NCBI GenBank assembly: GCA_945861645.1 | Contig: CAMAVZ010000004.1 | Span: forward strand, 18,777-82,776 | Source of the DNA: Opitutus sp. GAS368 | Lineage (GTDB): Bacteria; Verrucomicrobiota; Verrucomicrobiia; Opitutales; Opitutaceae | Reading direction: 5' to 3' | Length of the DNA: 64,000 nt | Part shown: positions 33,214 through 42,665 of the stretch, piece after piece | Layout: every line of letters starts with the position of its first letter | How positions within the stretch are numbered: the first letter of the stretch is position 1 | Position numbers and translations under genes: made by a program | Notes under the pieces: model-generated | The model's input: only the letters and a program-made list of their open reading frames with translations | Databases searched by the model: none | What the model was told of the DNA's origin: nothing

Positions 33214-34665
33214 ATGAAAATAAAATTATCTCGCTTACTCCGTTTCGCCACCTTTGCGGGTCTGGCGTTGCTAGCGACCCAGACCGCGTTGGCACAAACT
33301 AACGTCGTGGCTCCCGCAGCTCCGACTTCTGATGAGCGCATCGCTGCGCTGGAGGCCTATATTAACAATACTGATCCGGGCAAATCACTCACCGGCGTAG
33401 CTGGTCCGGGTCACAATGCGTGGATGATGACGAGCGCCGCGTTGGTGCTCTTCATGACTCTGCCCGGTTTGGCGCTGTTCTATGGCGGGTTAGTCCGCAC
33501 TAAAAATGTGCTTTCCGTCATGGCGCAATGCTTGGGCATCGCCGGTCTGGTTACCATCTTGTGGTGGGCCTTCGGTTACAGTCTCGTCTTCGGGAAAAAT
33601 TTCGGGAGCCCATTTCTGGGCGGCTCAGAATTTTTCTTTTTTAAGGGCGTCGAGAGCGCGACGAATACCGATTATGCTTATTGGGTCTCGCATAATGTTT
33701 TCGCGATTTACCAACTCATGTTCGCGATCATTACCCCGGCCCTCATCGTCGGCGCCATCGCGGAGCGCCTGAAATTTTCTGCACTCATGATTTTTGTCAC
33801 GGTCTGGATGTTCGTGGTCTATTTCCCGCTCGCGCACATGATCTGGGGCGTCACGGGTTATATGAACGGTGTCTGGAATGCGGGGGCCGCGATTAAGGCC
33901 ATCGATTTTGCCGGCGGCACGGTGGTGCACATGTCTTCAGGGTGGTCGGCCTTGATTCTTTGCTTAATTTTAGGGCCCCGGCTGGGTTTTGGAAAAACTC
34001 CGATGCCGCCACATAGCTTGGTGCTGTGCATGGTGGGCACTGGCATGCTCTGGGTGGGTTGGTATGGCTTTAATGCTGGTTCGGCCGCCGCCGCCGACGG
34101 CGTGGCGGCGAATGCCTTCACCACAACGACGCTCGCGACCGCCGTGGCCTCGTTCACGTGGGCGACCCTCGAATATTTTACCCGCGGCAAAGCGAGTGTT
34201 CTCGGCTTTTGCTCCGGGGCGGTCGCTGGGTTGGTGGTGGTGACCCCGGCGTGCGGTTTCATCACCAGCACCTCTTCGGTTTGGGTCGGCCTGCTGGCTG
34301 GTGCGATTCCGTTTCTCGCCTGTACTAAATTGAAAGGCTGGCTCAAATATGATGATGCGTTGGATACCTTCGGCGTGCACGCCGTCGGCGGCACCTTGGG
34401 GGCTTTGCTCACCGGCATTTTCGCCACCGCTTCGGTTAATGGTAACCTCACTACGAATCTCAAGGATATCGTCGGCCACTCCCTCTGGTTGGAGCAGCTG
34501 AAGGCCATGGGGCTGACGGTTATTCTTTCGGTGGTTTCAACGGTGATCATTGCGTACGTGATCAAAGCCACGATCGGTCTGCGCCCTGACCTCGAGGATG
34601 AGCAAACGGGCCTCGATCTTACTGATCACGGCGAGGAAGGCTACATCTACGAAGCCAAATCATAA
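33214..34665 (+). CDS. amtB: Ammonium transporter AmtB
   Basis: PGLALFYGG, DFAGGTVVH, W.GWYGFNAGS and DDALD.FGVH (twin His). Confidence 0.97.
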   Translation: MKIKLSRLLRFATFAGLALLATQTALAQTNVVAPAAPTSDERIAALEAYINNTDPGKSLTGVAGPGHNAWMMTSAALVLFMTLPGLALFYGGLVRTKNVLSVMAQCLGIAGLVTILWWAFGYSLVFGKNFGSPFLGGSEFFFFKGVESATNTDYAYWVSHNVFAIYQLMFAIITPALIVGAIAERLKFSALMIFVTVWMFVVYFPLAHMIWGVTGYMNGVWNAGAAIKAIDFAGGTVVHMSSGWSALILCLILGPRLGFGKTPMPPHSLVLCMVGTGMLWVGWYGFNAGSAAAADGVAANAFTTTTLATAVASFTWATLEYFTRGKASVLGFCSGAVAGLVVVTPACGFITSTSSVWVGLLAGAIPFLACTKLKGWLKYDDALDTFGVHAVGGTLGALLTGIFATASVNGNLTTNLKDIVGHSLWLEQLKAMGLTVILSVVSTVIIAYVIKATIGLRPDLEDEQTGLDLTDHGEEGYIYEAKS

Positions 34666-34673
34666 GCCCTTAA

Positions 34674-35024
<351 letters not shown>

Positions 35025-35047
35025 TTTTTGGGGGTAGTAGCCAACTC

Positions 35048-35078
35048 AGCCGGTCTCCGCAGGGAGGCCGGCTTTTTC
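35048..35078 (+). terminator. Intrinsic terminator after glnK
   Basis: AGCCGGTCTCC-gcag-GGAGGCCGGCT followed by a T-run. Confidence 0.8.
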
Positions 35079-35119
35079 TTTGATAAATGCCGCGCGCTGC
35101 CCATGATGAACTCCTCGTA

Positions 35120-36052
35120 ATGGCTTCATCATTGGCGCTTAAAATTTTAGATTCCCATACTGGAGGTGAGCCGACTCGGCTCGTGCTCGCGGGTGGTCCA
35201 GAGCTGGGCCCAGGTCCACTGGCGGAGCGCGTAAAAATATTTCAGACCGACTACGACTCCTTTCGATCGGCGATTGTCAACGAGCCCCGCGGTTCGGCCG
35301 TGGTGGTAGGCGCGCTACTCTGCGCCCCCCACGATCCTAGCTGCCAGTTTGGCGTTATTTTTTTTAATAATGTCGGCTACCTCGGCATGTGCGGGCACGG
35401 CACGATGGGCCTGGTCGTGTCACTGGCTTATCTGGGGCGGCTCCAGCCTGGCCTGGTGCGGATTGATACGCCCGTGGGCCCCATCGAGGCGATCCTGCAC
35501 GCTAATGGCGAAGTCTCGGTGACTAATGTTGCGAGCTACCGTCGCGAGCACGGGCTCAAGCTTACTTTGCCCGGCGGTGGGCACGTGACGTGCGATCTCG
35601 CTTGGGGCGGCAATTGGTTTTGCCTCATCGAGCAGCACGGACTGACCCTCGCCTTAGCTAATCTAGCTCAACTGACGGATTATTGTTTGCGCATTCGGGA
35701 AGCACTCAGCGGCGCAGGGTTTCCTGAGGTTGATCACGTCGAATTGTTCGAACGTTCAGCGCGCGCGGGGGTTGATAGCAGAAATTTTGTCCTGTGTCCT
35801 GGCCTCGCTTACGATCGTTCCCCCTGCGGCACGGGTACGAGTGCCAAACTCGCTTGCCTCGCCGCTGACGGCAAGCTGGCCCCCGACGTGGAGTGGGTGC
35901 AGGAGAGTATCGTCGGCAGCATCTTTCGGGCAAAATACTCGCGGCGCGGGGAGGAAATTATCCCCACCATTACGGGATCAGCTCATGTCATGGGGGAGGG
36001 CACTCTGATCTTGGATCCACAGGATCCTTTTTGCTGGGGCCTTCCAGCCTGA
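35120..36052 (+). CDS. Proline racemase family, probable 4-hydroxyproline 2-epimerase
   Basis: DSHTGGEPTR, MCGHG and DRSPCGTG (both catalytic Cys present); operon context. Confidence 0.88.
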   Translation: MASSLALKILDSHTGGEPTRLVLAGGPELGPGPLAERVKIFQTDYDSFRSAIVNEPRGSAVVVGALLCAPHDPSCQFGVIFFNNVGYLGMCGHGTMGLVVSLAYLGRLQPGLVRIDTPVGPIEAILHANGEVSVTNVASYRREHGLKLTLPGGGHVTCDLAWGGNWFCLIEQHGLTLALANLAQLTDYCLRIREALSGAGFPEVDHVELFERSARAGVDSRNFVLCPGLAYDRSPCGTGTSAKLACLAADGKLAPDVEWVQESIVGSIFRAKYSRRGEEIIPTITGSAHVMGEGTLILDPQDPFCWGLPA

Positions 36053-36081
36053 TTTTCGTAATTATCCATTCTATTTAAGTT

Positions 36082-37344
36082 ATGCGTGAATCAAAATCAG
36101 TAATCGTCTGCGGCGGAGGCGTCGTGGGCCTCTGCTGTGCGTATTATCTAGCCCGTGAGGGTCGCGCTGTCACCGTGCTCGAACGCAACGGGGAAGTGCG
36201 TGATCATTGTGCGCTCGGCAGTGCTGGTTATGTTTCGCCGAGTCACGTCATTCCCCTCGCGGCGCCGGGCATGGTGTGGCAGGGCCTGAAGTGGATGCTT
36301 AATCCCCGCAGTCCTTTTTATATCAAGCCGCGGCTCGATAGCGATCTGCTCCGCTGGAGTTGGCTTTTCATGCGCTCCGCCAATCGGGCACACGTGGAGC
36401 GCGCCGCGCCAATTTTGCGTGATCTTTGTGTGGCCAGTCGCGCGCTTTTCGAAGAATTGGACGATATTACCGGTCATGCTTTTGAGTTTAAAAAAGAGGG
36501 CCTGCTCAATCTTTGTAAAACAGCGGCCGGCCTAGATCACGAAGCCCACGGCCTCGCCCGCCTTGCCAATGAACTCGGCGTTGAGGCCCAAATCTTAAAT
36601 GCCGCGCAGACTGCGGCCCTGGAGCCGGGCATTAAACTGGATGTCGCGGGTTCAGTATATTTCCCGATCGATGCTCACCTGACGCCGGGGCGTTTCGCGC
36701 AAACCCTGACGGCTTTGCTCAAGGAAATGGGGGTGCGCTTCCAATGGAATACGACAGTTTTTGGTTGGCGAACTGAAGCCGGACGGATTGCCGCGGTGCA
36801 AACTACGGCGGGTGATTTACTCGCCGATGAATTTATTCTCGCGGGCGGTTCGTGGGCCCCTGCGATGCTGACGGGTTTGGGCCTGCGGTTGCCGTTGCAA
36901 GCCGGCAAAGGCTACAGTCTTACTTTGCCGCAGCCGCGCTTTAAAGTTACTAAGCCCATGATTTGTACGGAGCGCCGGATCGCGGTAACGCCCATGGGTG
37001 ACACCCTGCGCTTTGGCGGCACCATGGAGTTAAGTGGGATTAACCACCACGTGCGGCTGGAGCGGGTGCAGCAGATTATTGATTCTGTGCCGCTTTATTT
37101 TCCCGAACTTACGGCCGCAGATTTTTCCGGGATTCAGCCTTGGCAGGGTTTGCGGCCAGTGGCCCCCGACGGCATGCCTTATCTGGGCCGCTTTAATCGT
37201 TATCGAAACCTGACGGCGGCTTGTGGCCACGCCATGTTGGGGGTTACGATGGCGCCCATCAGTGGCTTGCTCGTAGCTGAAATTCTCGCCGGTCGTAAAC
37301 CCTCGGTAGCTTTGCAGCTGCTCGACCCTAATCGATACGCCTAA
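36082..37344 (+). CDS. FAD-dependent D-amino acid dehydrogenase (DadA-like), probable D-hydroxyproline dehydrogenase
   Basis: GGGVVG Rossmann motif, GKGYS, WQGLRP..PDG.P and GHAMLG. Confidence 0.8.
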   Translation: MRESKSVIVCGGGVVGLCCAYYLAREGRAVTVLERNGEVRDHCALGSAGYVSPSHVIPLAAPGMVWQGLKWMLNPRSPFYIKPRLDSDLLRWSWLFMRSANRAHVERAAPILRDLCVASRALFEELDDITGHAFEFKKEGLLNLCKTAAGLDHEAHGLARLANELGVEAQILNAAQTAALEPGIKLDVAGSVYFPIDAHLTPGRFAQTLTALLKEMGVRFQWNTTVFGWRTEAGRIAAVQTTAGDLLADEFILAGGSWAPAMLTGLGLRLPLQAGKGYSLTLPQPRFKVTKPMICTERRIAVTPMGDTLRFGGTMELSGINHHVRLERVQQIIDSVPLYFPELTAADFSGIQPWQGLRPVAPDGMPYLGRFNRYRNLTAACGHAMLGVTMAPISGLLVAEILAGRKPSVALQLLDPNRYA

Positions 37345-37397
37345 CTTTGCTAAATCCACCCCGAGAGAGGACCGCGGTAGCTCAAAATAAAACGCTT

Positions 37398-38291
37398 ATG
37401 AATTGGAAAGGTGTTATCCCTGCCATCACGACTAACCTCGCGGCTGACTTGACGGTCGACCATGCCGCCCTCGCAGTTCATTGCCGTTGGCTGATCGATA
37501 GTGGCTGTACCGGGCTCGTCGTTGGCGGTTCGCTCGGAGAGGCCGCGACGCTCAGTTTTGAGGAAAAAATTGCGATTGTTCGTACGAGCGTTGCGGCCGT
37601 AGCTGGGCGTGCGCCGATCGTGCTGGGCATTGCCTCCCTAAGCACGCTGGAAGCGGTGGCGTTAGCGCAAGCGGCGGAACAGGCTGGCGCGCAGGGTCTG
37701 ATGGTCTTGCCGCCTTATGTTTATTCCAGTGATTGGCGTGAAATGAAAACACACGTCAGCGCCGTCATTGCCGCGACCAAGCTTGCTTGTCTGCTGTACA
37801 ATAATCCCCCCGCCTACAAAACTGATTTTCTGCCAGAGCAGATCGCCGAACTAGCGAGTCTGCATCCTAATTTGCACGCGGTGAAAGAATCCAGTGGTGA
37901 CACTCGCCGGGTCACCGCAATTCAAGCGGTGGTTGGCCCCCGCTTGGCGGTCTTAGTGGGTATGGATGACGCCATTGTTGAAGGCATCTACGCTGGGGCG
38001 GTGGGCTGGATTGCTGGGTTGGTTAATGCGTTTCCGGTTGAATCGGTGGCGCTCTTTAATTTGGCTAGTCGTGGAGAGAAGGCGCGGGCGGCGGCGCTCT
38101 ACGCTTGGTTTCTCCCGCTGCTCCGCCTCGATACAGTGCCCAAATTTGTTCAGCTGATTAAATGGGTGCAGGCCGAAGTTGGCCGCGGTACGCCGTTTGT
38201 TCGCGCTCCGCGCTTGGCCTTGGCCGGGCCTGATCTGGCCGCGGCGCGGGCGGTGTTGACAGCGGCCTTGCAACATCCTCCGGCTTTGTGA
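37398..38291 (+). CDS. DHDPS-family protein, probable 1-pyrroline-4-hydroxy-2-carboxylate deaminase
   Basis: WKGVIPAITT, GSLGE, YNNP.AY, VKESSGD and GWIAGLVNAFP. Confidence 0.8.
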   Translation: MNWKGVIPAITTNLAADLTVDHAALAVHCRWLIDSGCTGLVVGGSLGEAATLSFEEKIAIVRTSVAAVAGRAPIVLGIASLSTLEAVALAQAAEQAGAQGLMVLPPYVYSSDWREMKTHVSAVIAATKLACLLYNNPPAYKTDFLPEQIAELASLHPNLHAVKESSGDTRRVTAIQAVVGPRLAVLVGMDDAIVEGIYAGAVGWIAGLVNAFPVESVALFNLASRGEKARAAALYAWFLPLLRLDTVPKFVQLIKWVQAEVGRGTPFVRAPRLALAGPDLAAARAVLTAALQHPPAL

Positions 38292-38345
38292 AGGGGCCTT
38301 TTGACTCGCCGGGTGCCGAGTTGAGGGTCACCATTAGCGTCGTTT

Positions 38346-39941
38346 ATGAAACCTGATGGAAGTTCACTGATTGGTTTCGGTTCCAGCGCGCCTGGTGGGG
38401 CGGAATTTTTGGCGTTTGATCCCGCCCGCGGAATCTTCTTAGAGCCAACTTTCTGCTCGGCAACGGGCCGCGATCTCGAGCGGGCCGTACAATTAGCGGC
38501 CGCCGCTGCGCCGCTTTGGGCCAAGCTTTCTGGGGCGCAGCGCAATAAATTTTTACGCACCATTGCGGATAATCTTGAGAAAAAATCGGCGGATCTCGTC
38601 GCACGGGCCCAACAAGAAACCGCCTTACCGGAAGCGCGCTTGAAAGGAGAAATTGCGCGGACGGCTGGTCAGTTGCGTCTTTATGGCGAAACCGCTGAGC
38701 GCGGCGATTGGCTCGATGCACGCATTGAGACGGCGCAGCCAGAGCGTCAACCGCTGCCCAAACCAGATCACCGCTCTTTGCTGCGACCCTTGGGCCCCGT
38801 CGTGGTATTTGGTTCTAGTAATTTTCCGTTTGCTTACTCGGTGGCCGGGGGCGACACCGCATCCGCTTTTGCCGCCGGTTGCCCAGTGATTGTGAAGGCG
38901 CATTCCGCTCATCCGGGCACCAGCGAACTCGTGGGACGCTTGATTCTCCATGCGGTCCGAGATTGCGGCCTACCGGAGGGCACATTTTCCCTGCTATTTG
39001 ATGCTGGCTTGACCGTCGGGCAAGCGCTCGTTCAGCACCCTTTAGTCAAAGCGGTTGGTTTTACGGGATCCTTGCGCGGCGGTCGTGCGCTGACGGATCT
39101 GGCCGCCGCCCGCCCCGAGCCAATTCCCGTCTATGCGGAGATGGGCAGTATTAATCCTGTTTTCATTTTACCGGGCGCGTTGGCCGAAAGATCGGCTGCG
39201 CTCGTAGATGGACTGCATGCGTCCGCTACGGTAGGGGTCGGCCAGTTTTGCACTAACCCCGGTTTGATCGTGCTGGTCCGTGCGCCGGCGGCGGAAGATT
39301 TCTTAAAAAACCTAGGGGCGAAATTAGCTGCGACTCCCCCCGCCGCGATGTTGACGGCCGCAATCTGTGCTAATTTCAGGAAAGGAGTGGCCGCCCGCGC
39401 TCGCATCACTGGGGTTCGCCCGCTGCCTGCCCCGTCGGCTGATGACGCGCGGCTGTCGACGGTCGCCGCTCCGGTTTGGTTTGAAACTTCGGCGCAGGAT
39501 TATTCGAGTAATCCAAATTTGACCGAAGAGATTTTTGGCCCGAGCTCTTTAGTGGTGTGGTGTAAAAATTCTGCTGAAATGTTAGCGGTGGCGCATGACC
39601 TTTCCGGCAATCTCACGGCGACTCTGCACGCCGGCGTGGCGGAAGTCGCCGCGCAAGGGGCGCTACTTGATATTTTAGCGAACAAAGCCGGCCGGGTGAT
39701 ACTTAACGGATTTCCGACGGGGCTCGAAGTGAGCCCTGCTATTGTCCACAGTGGACCGTATCCTGCCACCAGTGATGGTGGCCGCAGCACCTCAGTCGGC
39801 ACACGGGCCCTCACCCGCTGGGTGCGGCTCGTCTGTTACCAGAATTTTACCGAGGAATTGCTGCCGCCAGAATTGCAAAATGCGAATCCCCAGGGCCTGC
39901 GTCGGTTGGTCAACAGCGCGTGGACGAACGGCGCAATTTGA
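38346..39941 (+). CDS. NADP+-dependent aldehyde dehydrogenase, probable 2,5-dioxopentanoate (alpha-ketoglutaric semialdehyde) dehydrogenase
   Basis: SNFPFAYSVAGGDTASA, FTGS, EMGSINP, GQFCTNPG and EEIFGP. Confidence 0.88.
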   Translation: MKPDGSSLIGFGSSAPGGAEFLAFDPARGIFLEPTFCSATGRDLERAVQLAAAAAPLWAKLSGAQRNKFLRTIADNLEKKSADLVARAQQETALPEARLKGEIARTAGQLRLYGETAERGDWLDARIETAQPERQPLPKPDHRSLLRPLGPVVVFGSSNFPFAYSVAGGDTASAFAAGCPVIVKAHSAHPGTSELVGRLILHAVRDCGLPEGTFSLLFDAGLTVGQALVQHPLVKAVGFTGSLRGGRALTDLAAARPEPIPVYAEMGSINPVFILPGALAERSAALVDGLHASATVGVGQFCTNPGLIVLVRAPAAEDFLKNLGAKLAATPPAAMLTAAICANFRKGVAARARITGVRPLPAPSADDARLSTVAAPVWFETSAQDYSSNPNLTEEIFGPSSLVVWCKNSAEMLAVAHDLSGNLTATLHAGVAEVAAQGALLDILANKAGRVILNGFPTGLEVSPAIVHSGPYPATSDGGRSTSVGTRALTRWVRLVCYQNFTEELLPPELQNANPQGLRRLVNSAWTNGAI

Positions 39942-39990
39942 GGTCGGCGATTTAGCTGACACGCTCGGCCCCGAGTTCAAGCTGGGTTCA

Positions 39991-40488
39991 TTACAGCTTG
40001 GCGGCGGCGTGTCGAATCGCGCGCTGGTAGGCGGTGAGGCCCGGATCTTCCGTCGTGGCGCAGAGAGTTTCCAAGGCGAGCTGCAGCGCTTCAGTCTGCC
40101 GGCCTTGGGCATGAAGGGTTAGCGTCAGAAAAATCGCAAATTCTGGATTAGCGGGAAATTGGAGTTGGCCGGAACGGAGCACATCAGCGGAGCGCGGTAA
40201 TTGACCGAGGAGGCGCAACGTTGAGCCTAAGCCCAATTGGGCGCCTGATAGTTCGTTGGGTGACAGACCGAGGGCGATTGCTTTTTCGTAGTAGGGCAGG
40301 GCCTCGGCTGGGCGATCGAGCACGTCACAGGTCCAAGCTAATTGGAAATTAATCTCGGCGACATTCGGGTAGCGCTCGTCGAGTGCGGTTAGTCGCGGGA
40401 AAATTTCCTGCGATTGCCCGTGGGCTCGCGCGCCAACGATGGCGTCGAGTTCAGGTTTCCAATGAGGGATTTCTGAAGCGGGGGACAT
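39991..40488 (-). CDS. TPR-repeat protein
   Basis: AWTCDVLDRPAEALPYYEKAIALGL and LGLGSTLRLLG. Confidence 0.8.
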   Translation of the reverse strand: MSPASEIPHWKPELDAIVGARAHGQSQEIFPRLTALDERYPNVAEINFQLAWTCDVLDRPAEALPYYEKAIALGLSPNELSGAQLGLGSTLRLLGQLPRSADVLRSGQLQFPANPEFAIFLTLTLHAQGRQTEALQLALETLCATTEDPGLTAYQRAIRHAAAKL

Positions 40489-40555
40489 GCAACAAGACTT
40501 GGCGGCGAGTGGAGGCCCCGCTGGATCCCGCCCAGCGAGAGCGGGATTTGCTGGC

Positions 40556-42496
40556 TTAGGCCTGGGGTGGTTGCTGGTTGGCTGGCGCCGCCACGACCTT
40601 CTTCTCGGGCAGTGCACGGGTGGCGACCTCCTGTTTGAAGCGGGCGATGACCTCTTCGACTTTTAGGATGCCTTCGTCGCCTTTGGCGCGGGAGCGGACC
40701 GATACGCTCTGGGCTTCGGCTTCCTTTTGACCGAGCACAAGCACGTAAGGAATTTTTTCAAGTTCAGCCCGGCGGATTTTTGCACCGAGCTTATCGGAGT
40801 GCGCGTCAATCGACACCCGAAGGTCGGCGGCGAGCAGTTGCGTATGCAAAGCCTGCGCGTACGCGATAACCTTATCACTGATGGGGACGATCCGGATTTG
40901 TTCGGGCGCGAGCCAGAGCGGGAAATCTCCACCGAAATGCTCGATGAGCACGCCGCAGAAACGCTCCATCGAGCCAAAGGGCGCGCGGTGAATCATGACG
41001 GGACGGTGCGAGGCGTTGTCGGCTCCGATGTAGGTAAGGTCGAAGCGCACGGGTAAATTATAATCGACCTGCACGGTGCCGAGCTGCCACTCGCGGCCGA
41101 TGACATCTTTAATCACGAAGTCGATTTTTGGTCCGTAGAAGGCGGCTTCGCCGGGCTCTTCCGTAAAAGGCACGCCCAATGTTTGGGCGGCCTCGCGGCA
41201 GGCGTTTTCGGCTTTATCCCAGTTAGCGGAGTCCCCGGTGTATTTCTGGGAGTCAGGGTCGCGGAGGCCAACGCGGACGCGATAATCGGCCATACCTAAC
41301 GTGGTGAGAACTGTTTTTACCAGAGAGAGACAGCCAATAATTTCTTTGGGCACCTGTTCTTCGGTACAGAAAAGATGGGCATCATCTTGGGTGAATCCAC
41401 GGACGCGAGTCATGCCGCTAAGTTCACCCGACTGTTCCCAGCGGTAAACGGTACCAAATTCCGCCAGTCGCACCGGTAAATCGCGGTAGGAATGTGGCTG
41501 CGAAGCAAAAATCTTAATGTGATGCGGGCAATTCATCGGCTTCAGCAAAAAGCCATCGATGAGTTGGTCGTCAGGAAGCACGCGATCCTTCGTGATCGTT
41601 TCTTGCTTGGTGAGTCGGTTAACTTTTTCCGCAAGATGGCTGGAGACCGCTTCAATGCGATTCGACATTTCCGCGCAGGAGCAACCGGCCGAGGTCAGTT
41701 GTTCGAGAAATTCTCGCTCCACGACGGGTGGGAATTGGGAGTCTTTGTAGTACGGGAAGTGCCCGGAAGTTTTATACAGTGAGAGTCGACCAATGTGGGG
41801 CGTGAAAACTTGCGAGTAACCCTGCTTGCGCAGCTCACCCATGATAAAATCCTGCAATTGCTGCCGCAGAATAGAGCCGTTGGGTGTCCAGAGAATTAGG
41901 CCTTGGCCCACATCTTCATCGATGTGGAACAGTTTTAATTCTTTACCAAGTTTGCGGTGGTCGCGCAATTTGGCCTGTTCCATCTGGGTGAGGTAATTAG
42001 CGAGTTCCTCTTTGGTCGGGAAGGCGGTGCCGTAGATGCGCTGGAGTTGCTTGTTGGTCTCATCGCCGCGGTGGTAAGCACCCGCGATGGAAAGGAGTTT
42101 GAAAGCCTTCAGCTTCGCCGTGTAGCGGACGTGGGAACCGGCGCAGAGATCCGTGAACTCACCGTTGGTGAAGAAGGAAATTTTCCCATCCGCGGGAATA
42201 TCCGCGAGGCGGCCGAGTTTATAGCGTTCTTGGCCGCGGGACTTGATGATCTCAATCGCTTCCTCGCGGGAGACTTCTTTGCGGTCGAAGCGCTGATTCT
42301 CCTCAGCAATTTTTTTCATTTCAGCCTCGAGCTTAACCAGATCATCGGCGGTGAATTTGTGCTCCAAGTCGATGTCGTAGTAGAAACCGGCATCAGTGGG
42401 CGGCCCGATATCGAGTTTGGCCTCAGGGAAAAGGCGGAGAACGGCAGTCGCAAGGACGTGCGAGGCCGAGTGGCGGAGTTCTTCGAGCGGAGACAT
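40556..42496 (-). CDS. thrS: Threonine--tRNA ligase
   Basis: RHSASH, DLCAGSH, RDHRKLG, KPMNCPHH, RVRGFTQDDAH and AFYGPKID. Start ATG at 42496. Confidence 0.97.
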   Translation of the reverse strand: MSPLEELRHSASHVLATAVLRLFPEAKLDIGPPTDAGFYYDIDLEHKFTADDLVKLEAEMKKIAEENQRFDRKEVSREEAIEIIKSRGQERYKLGRLADIPADGKISFFTNGEFTDLCAGSHVRYTAKLKAFKLLSIAGAYHRGDETNKQLQRIYGTAFPTKEELANYLTQMEQAKLRDHRKLGKELKLFHIDEDVGQGLILWTPNGSILRQQLQDFIMGELRKQGYSQVFTPHIGRLSLYKTSGHFPYYKDSQFPPVVEREFLEQLTSAGCSCAEMSNRIEAVSSHLAEKVNRLTKQETITKDRVLPDDQLIDGFLLKPMNCPHHIKIFASQPHSYRDLPVRLAEFGTVYRWEQSGELSGMTRVRGFTQDDAHLFCTEEQVPKEIIGCLSLVKTVLTTLGMADYRVRVGLRDPDSQKYTGDSANWDKAENACREAAQTLGVPFTEEPGEAAFYGPKIDFVIKDVIGREWQLGTVQVDYNLPVRFDLTYIGADNASHRPVMIHRAPFGSMERFCGVLIEHFGGDFPLWLAPEQIRIVPISDKVIAYAQALHTQLLAADLRVSIDAHSDKLGAKIRRAELEKIPYVLVLGQKEAEAQSVSVRSRAKGDEGILKVEEVIARFKQEVATRALPEKKVVAAPANQQPPQA

Positions 42497-42600
42497 CGAG
42501 ATAGTGTAGTTGGGTTTAGTCCTCCTTACGAATGGAGGGCCGAAAAGCGATTTGGCCACAGGGCGTGGTCGGGTGTCAATGCCGGGCTCAGACCTAGGTG

Positions 42601-42632
42601 ATTGGCCACAAAAAGCGCCGAACGCGCGAAAA
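42601..42632 (+). repeat. Solo copy of the 9-bp-period repeat that flanks the GxxExxY gene
   Basis: ATTGGCCACAAAAAGCGCCGAACGCGCGAAAA. The first 14 bp are identical to 58314-58327. Confidence 0.65.
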
Positions 42633-42665
42633 TTAAGGGCCGGTAGAGAGACGGGCCCTCCCGAT

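Noticed and set aside
41553-41726. Intein in thrS
   Set aside because: Too short, and it lacks the N-terminal C/S and C-terminal HN splice motifs.
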